A stretch of DNA of 64,000 bases from assembly GCF_009914755.1 (NCBI RefSeq), contig NC_060930.1; one strand, 5' to 3'. Source of the DNA: the human T2T-CHM13v2.0 reference genome, Homo sapiens. The first letter of the stretch is position 1. Every line of letters starts with the position of its first letter. A program made the translations under genes and the position numbers. Shown here piece after piece: positions 62,642-64,000 of this stretch. Under the pieces are notes generated by a model. It did no database searches. It saw only the letters and a program-made list of their open reading frames with translations, and was not told the origin of the DNA.

Positions 62642-63556
62642 AGAGGAAGGAAAGAAGGAAGGAAGGAAGGGAAAAGAAAGAGAGAGAGAGAAAGAAAGAA
62701 CGAATGAGAGAAAGAAAGAAAGAGAGGAAGGAAGGAAGCAAGGAAGGAAGGAAGGGAAAAGAAAGAGAGAGAGAAAGAAAGAATGAATGAGAGAGAGAGA
62801 AAGAAAGAAAGAGAAAGAAAGAAAGAAAGAAAGAAAGAGGAAGGAAGGAGGGAAAAGAAAGAGAGAGAGAAAGAAAGAAAGAGAGAGAAGGAAAGAAAGA
62901 GAAAGAAAGAGAAAGAAAGAAAAGAGAGAGCAGAAGGAAGGGAGGGAGGGAGGGAAAAGAGAAAGAAATAAAGAAAGAAAGAAAGGAAGGAAGGAAGGAG
63001 GGAAAAGAAAGAGAGAAAGAAAGAAAAAGAAAGAAAGAGAGAAAGAAAAAGAAAGGAAGAAAAAGAAAGAAAGAGAGAGAAAGAAAGAGAGAAAGAGAAA
63101 GAAAGGAAGAAAAAGAAAGAGAGAGGAAGGAAGGAAGGAAAGAAGGGAGGGAGGGGGGAAAAGAAAAAGAGAAAGAACGAAAGAAAGAAAGAAAGAAAGA
63201 AAAACAGGAAGGAAGGAAGGAGGGAAAAGAAAGAGAGAGAGAAAAAGAAAAAGAAAGAAGAGAGAGAAAGAAAGAGAAAGAAAGAAATAAAAAGAAAGAA
63301 AGAGAGAGGAAGGAAGGAAGGAAAGAAGGGAGGGAGGGAAAAGAAAAAGAGAAAGAATGCAAGAATGAAAGAAAGAAAGACAGGAAGGAAGGAAGGAGGG
63401 AAAAGAAAGAGAGAAAGAAAAACAAAGAAAAGAGAGAGAGAAAGAAAGAGAGAAGAGGAAGGAAGGAAGGAAAGAAGGGAGGGAGGGAGGGAAAAGAAAA
63501 AGAAAGAACGAAAGAAAGAATGAAAGAAAGAAGAAAGAAAGAAGGAGAAAGAAAGA
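62555..63556. repeat. ~1-kb GA-rich polypurine complex tandem repeat (expanded Alu tail)
   Basis: (GAAA)n/(GGAA)n/(GA)n blocks with very few pyrimidines. Confidence 0.97.
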
Positions 63557-64000
63557 CAACTGTTTATATAGCATTATATTGTATTTGGAATTATAAGTAA
63601 TCTAGGATGATATAAAGTATAGAGGATAGAGGAACATGTGTGTAGGTTACATGCATTTTTATATAAGGAACTTGAGCATTCCAGGATTTTGTTATCAGCA
63701 GGGGTTCTGGAACTAATTTTCTAAGGATACAAAGAGATGACTATATATGTGTGTGTGTATTTATTTGTGTGTGTGTACATGTATTAAGAAGTGCATGTAC
63801 ACGTATGTGTCATATTTGATACTTAACAAATATTTGATCGAATATTTAATAAATAATACATGAAATATTAAGACAAAAATTGTATAATAGTTATATATAG
63901 ACATACACAAAAATATTGAGTATGTACTATTAAAAACTTCAGGGTTTGTTTGGAGGTTTTCCTTTCCGGGCAAAGTTTTGAGGACATCAGGTAGGGACTT

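Larger units (their letters stand above)
62154..63743. mobile_element. MER2 (TcMar-Tigger) MITE split by an Alu and a GA-rich repeat
   Basis: TA-CAGTCGG start; resumes 'caactgtttatatagcatt...ttataagtaatctag...gaacttgagcatt' and ends at GACTA-TA. Confidence 0.85.

Noticed and set aside
62409-63574. Long ORFs of 338, 367 and 167 aa
   Set aside because: Artefacts of the stop-free GA/TC repeat; F/S/L or K/E/R low complexity.

Overview
AT-rich primate (very probably human) genomic DNA. It is dominated by interspersed repeats: four large plus-strand L1PA/L1PB-age elements (three stacked across 39.9-57.0 kb), many older L1M/L2/MIR fragments, about ten Alus, several solo LTRs (one nested pair with intact TSDs) and hAT/Tigger DNA transposon fossils. 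No intact protein-coding gene, RNA gene or CRISPR array is supported. The only gene-derived sequence is a disrupted, apparently unprocessed copy of the first large coding exon of PTCHD4 on the minus strand (about 59.0-59.6 kb). It keeps splice sites, a Kozak ATG, a CpG-rich character and a 96-aa ORF containing TM1. Structural oddities include a ~570-bp micro-inversion that broke an Alu, a ~105-bp templated local insertion, a ~1-kb polypurine higher-order repeat grown from an Alu tail, and a long (ATTTT)n Alu tail. Repeat family names and PTCHD4 residues come from recalled consensus or protein sequences, not from database searches. I found no convincing novel biological system; the PTCHD4-derived exon is the best lead.
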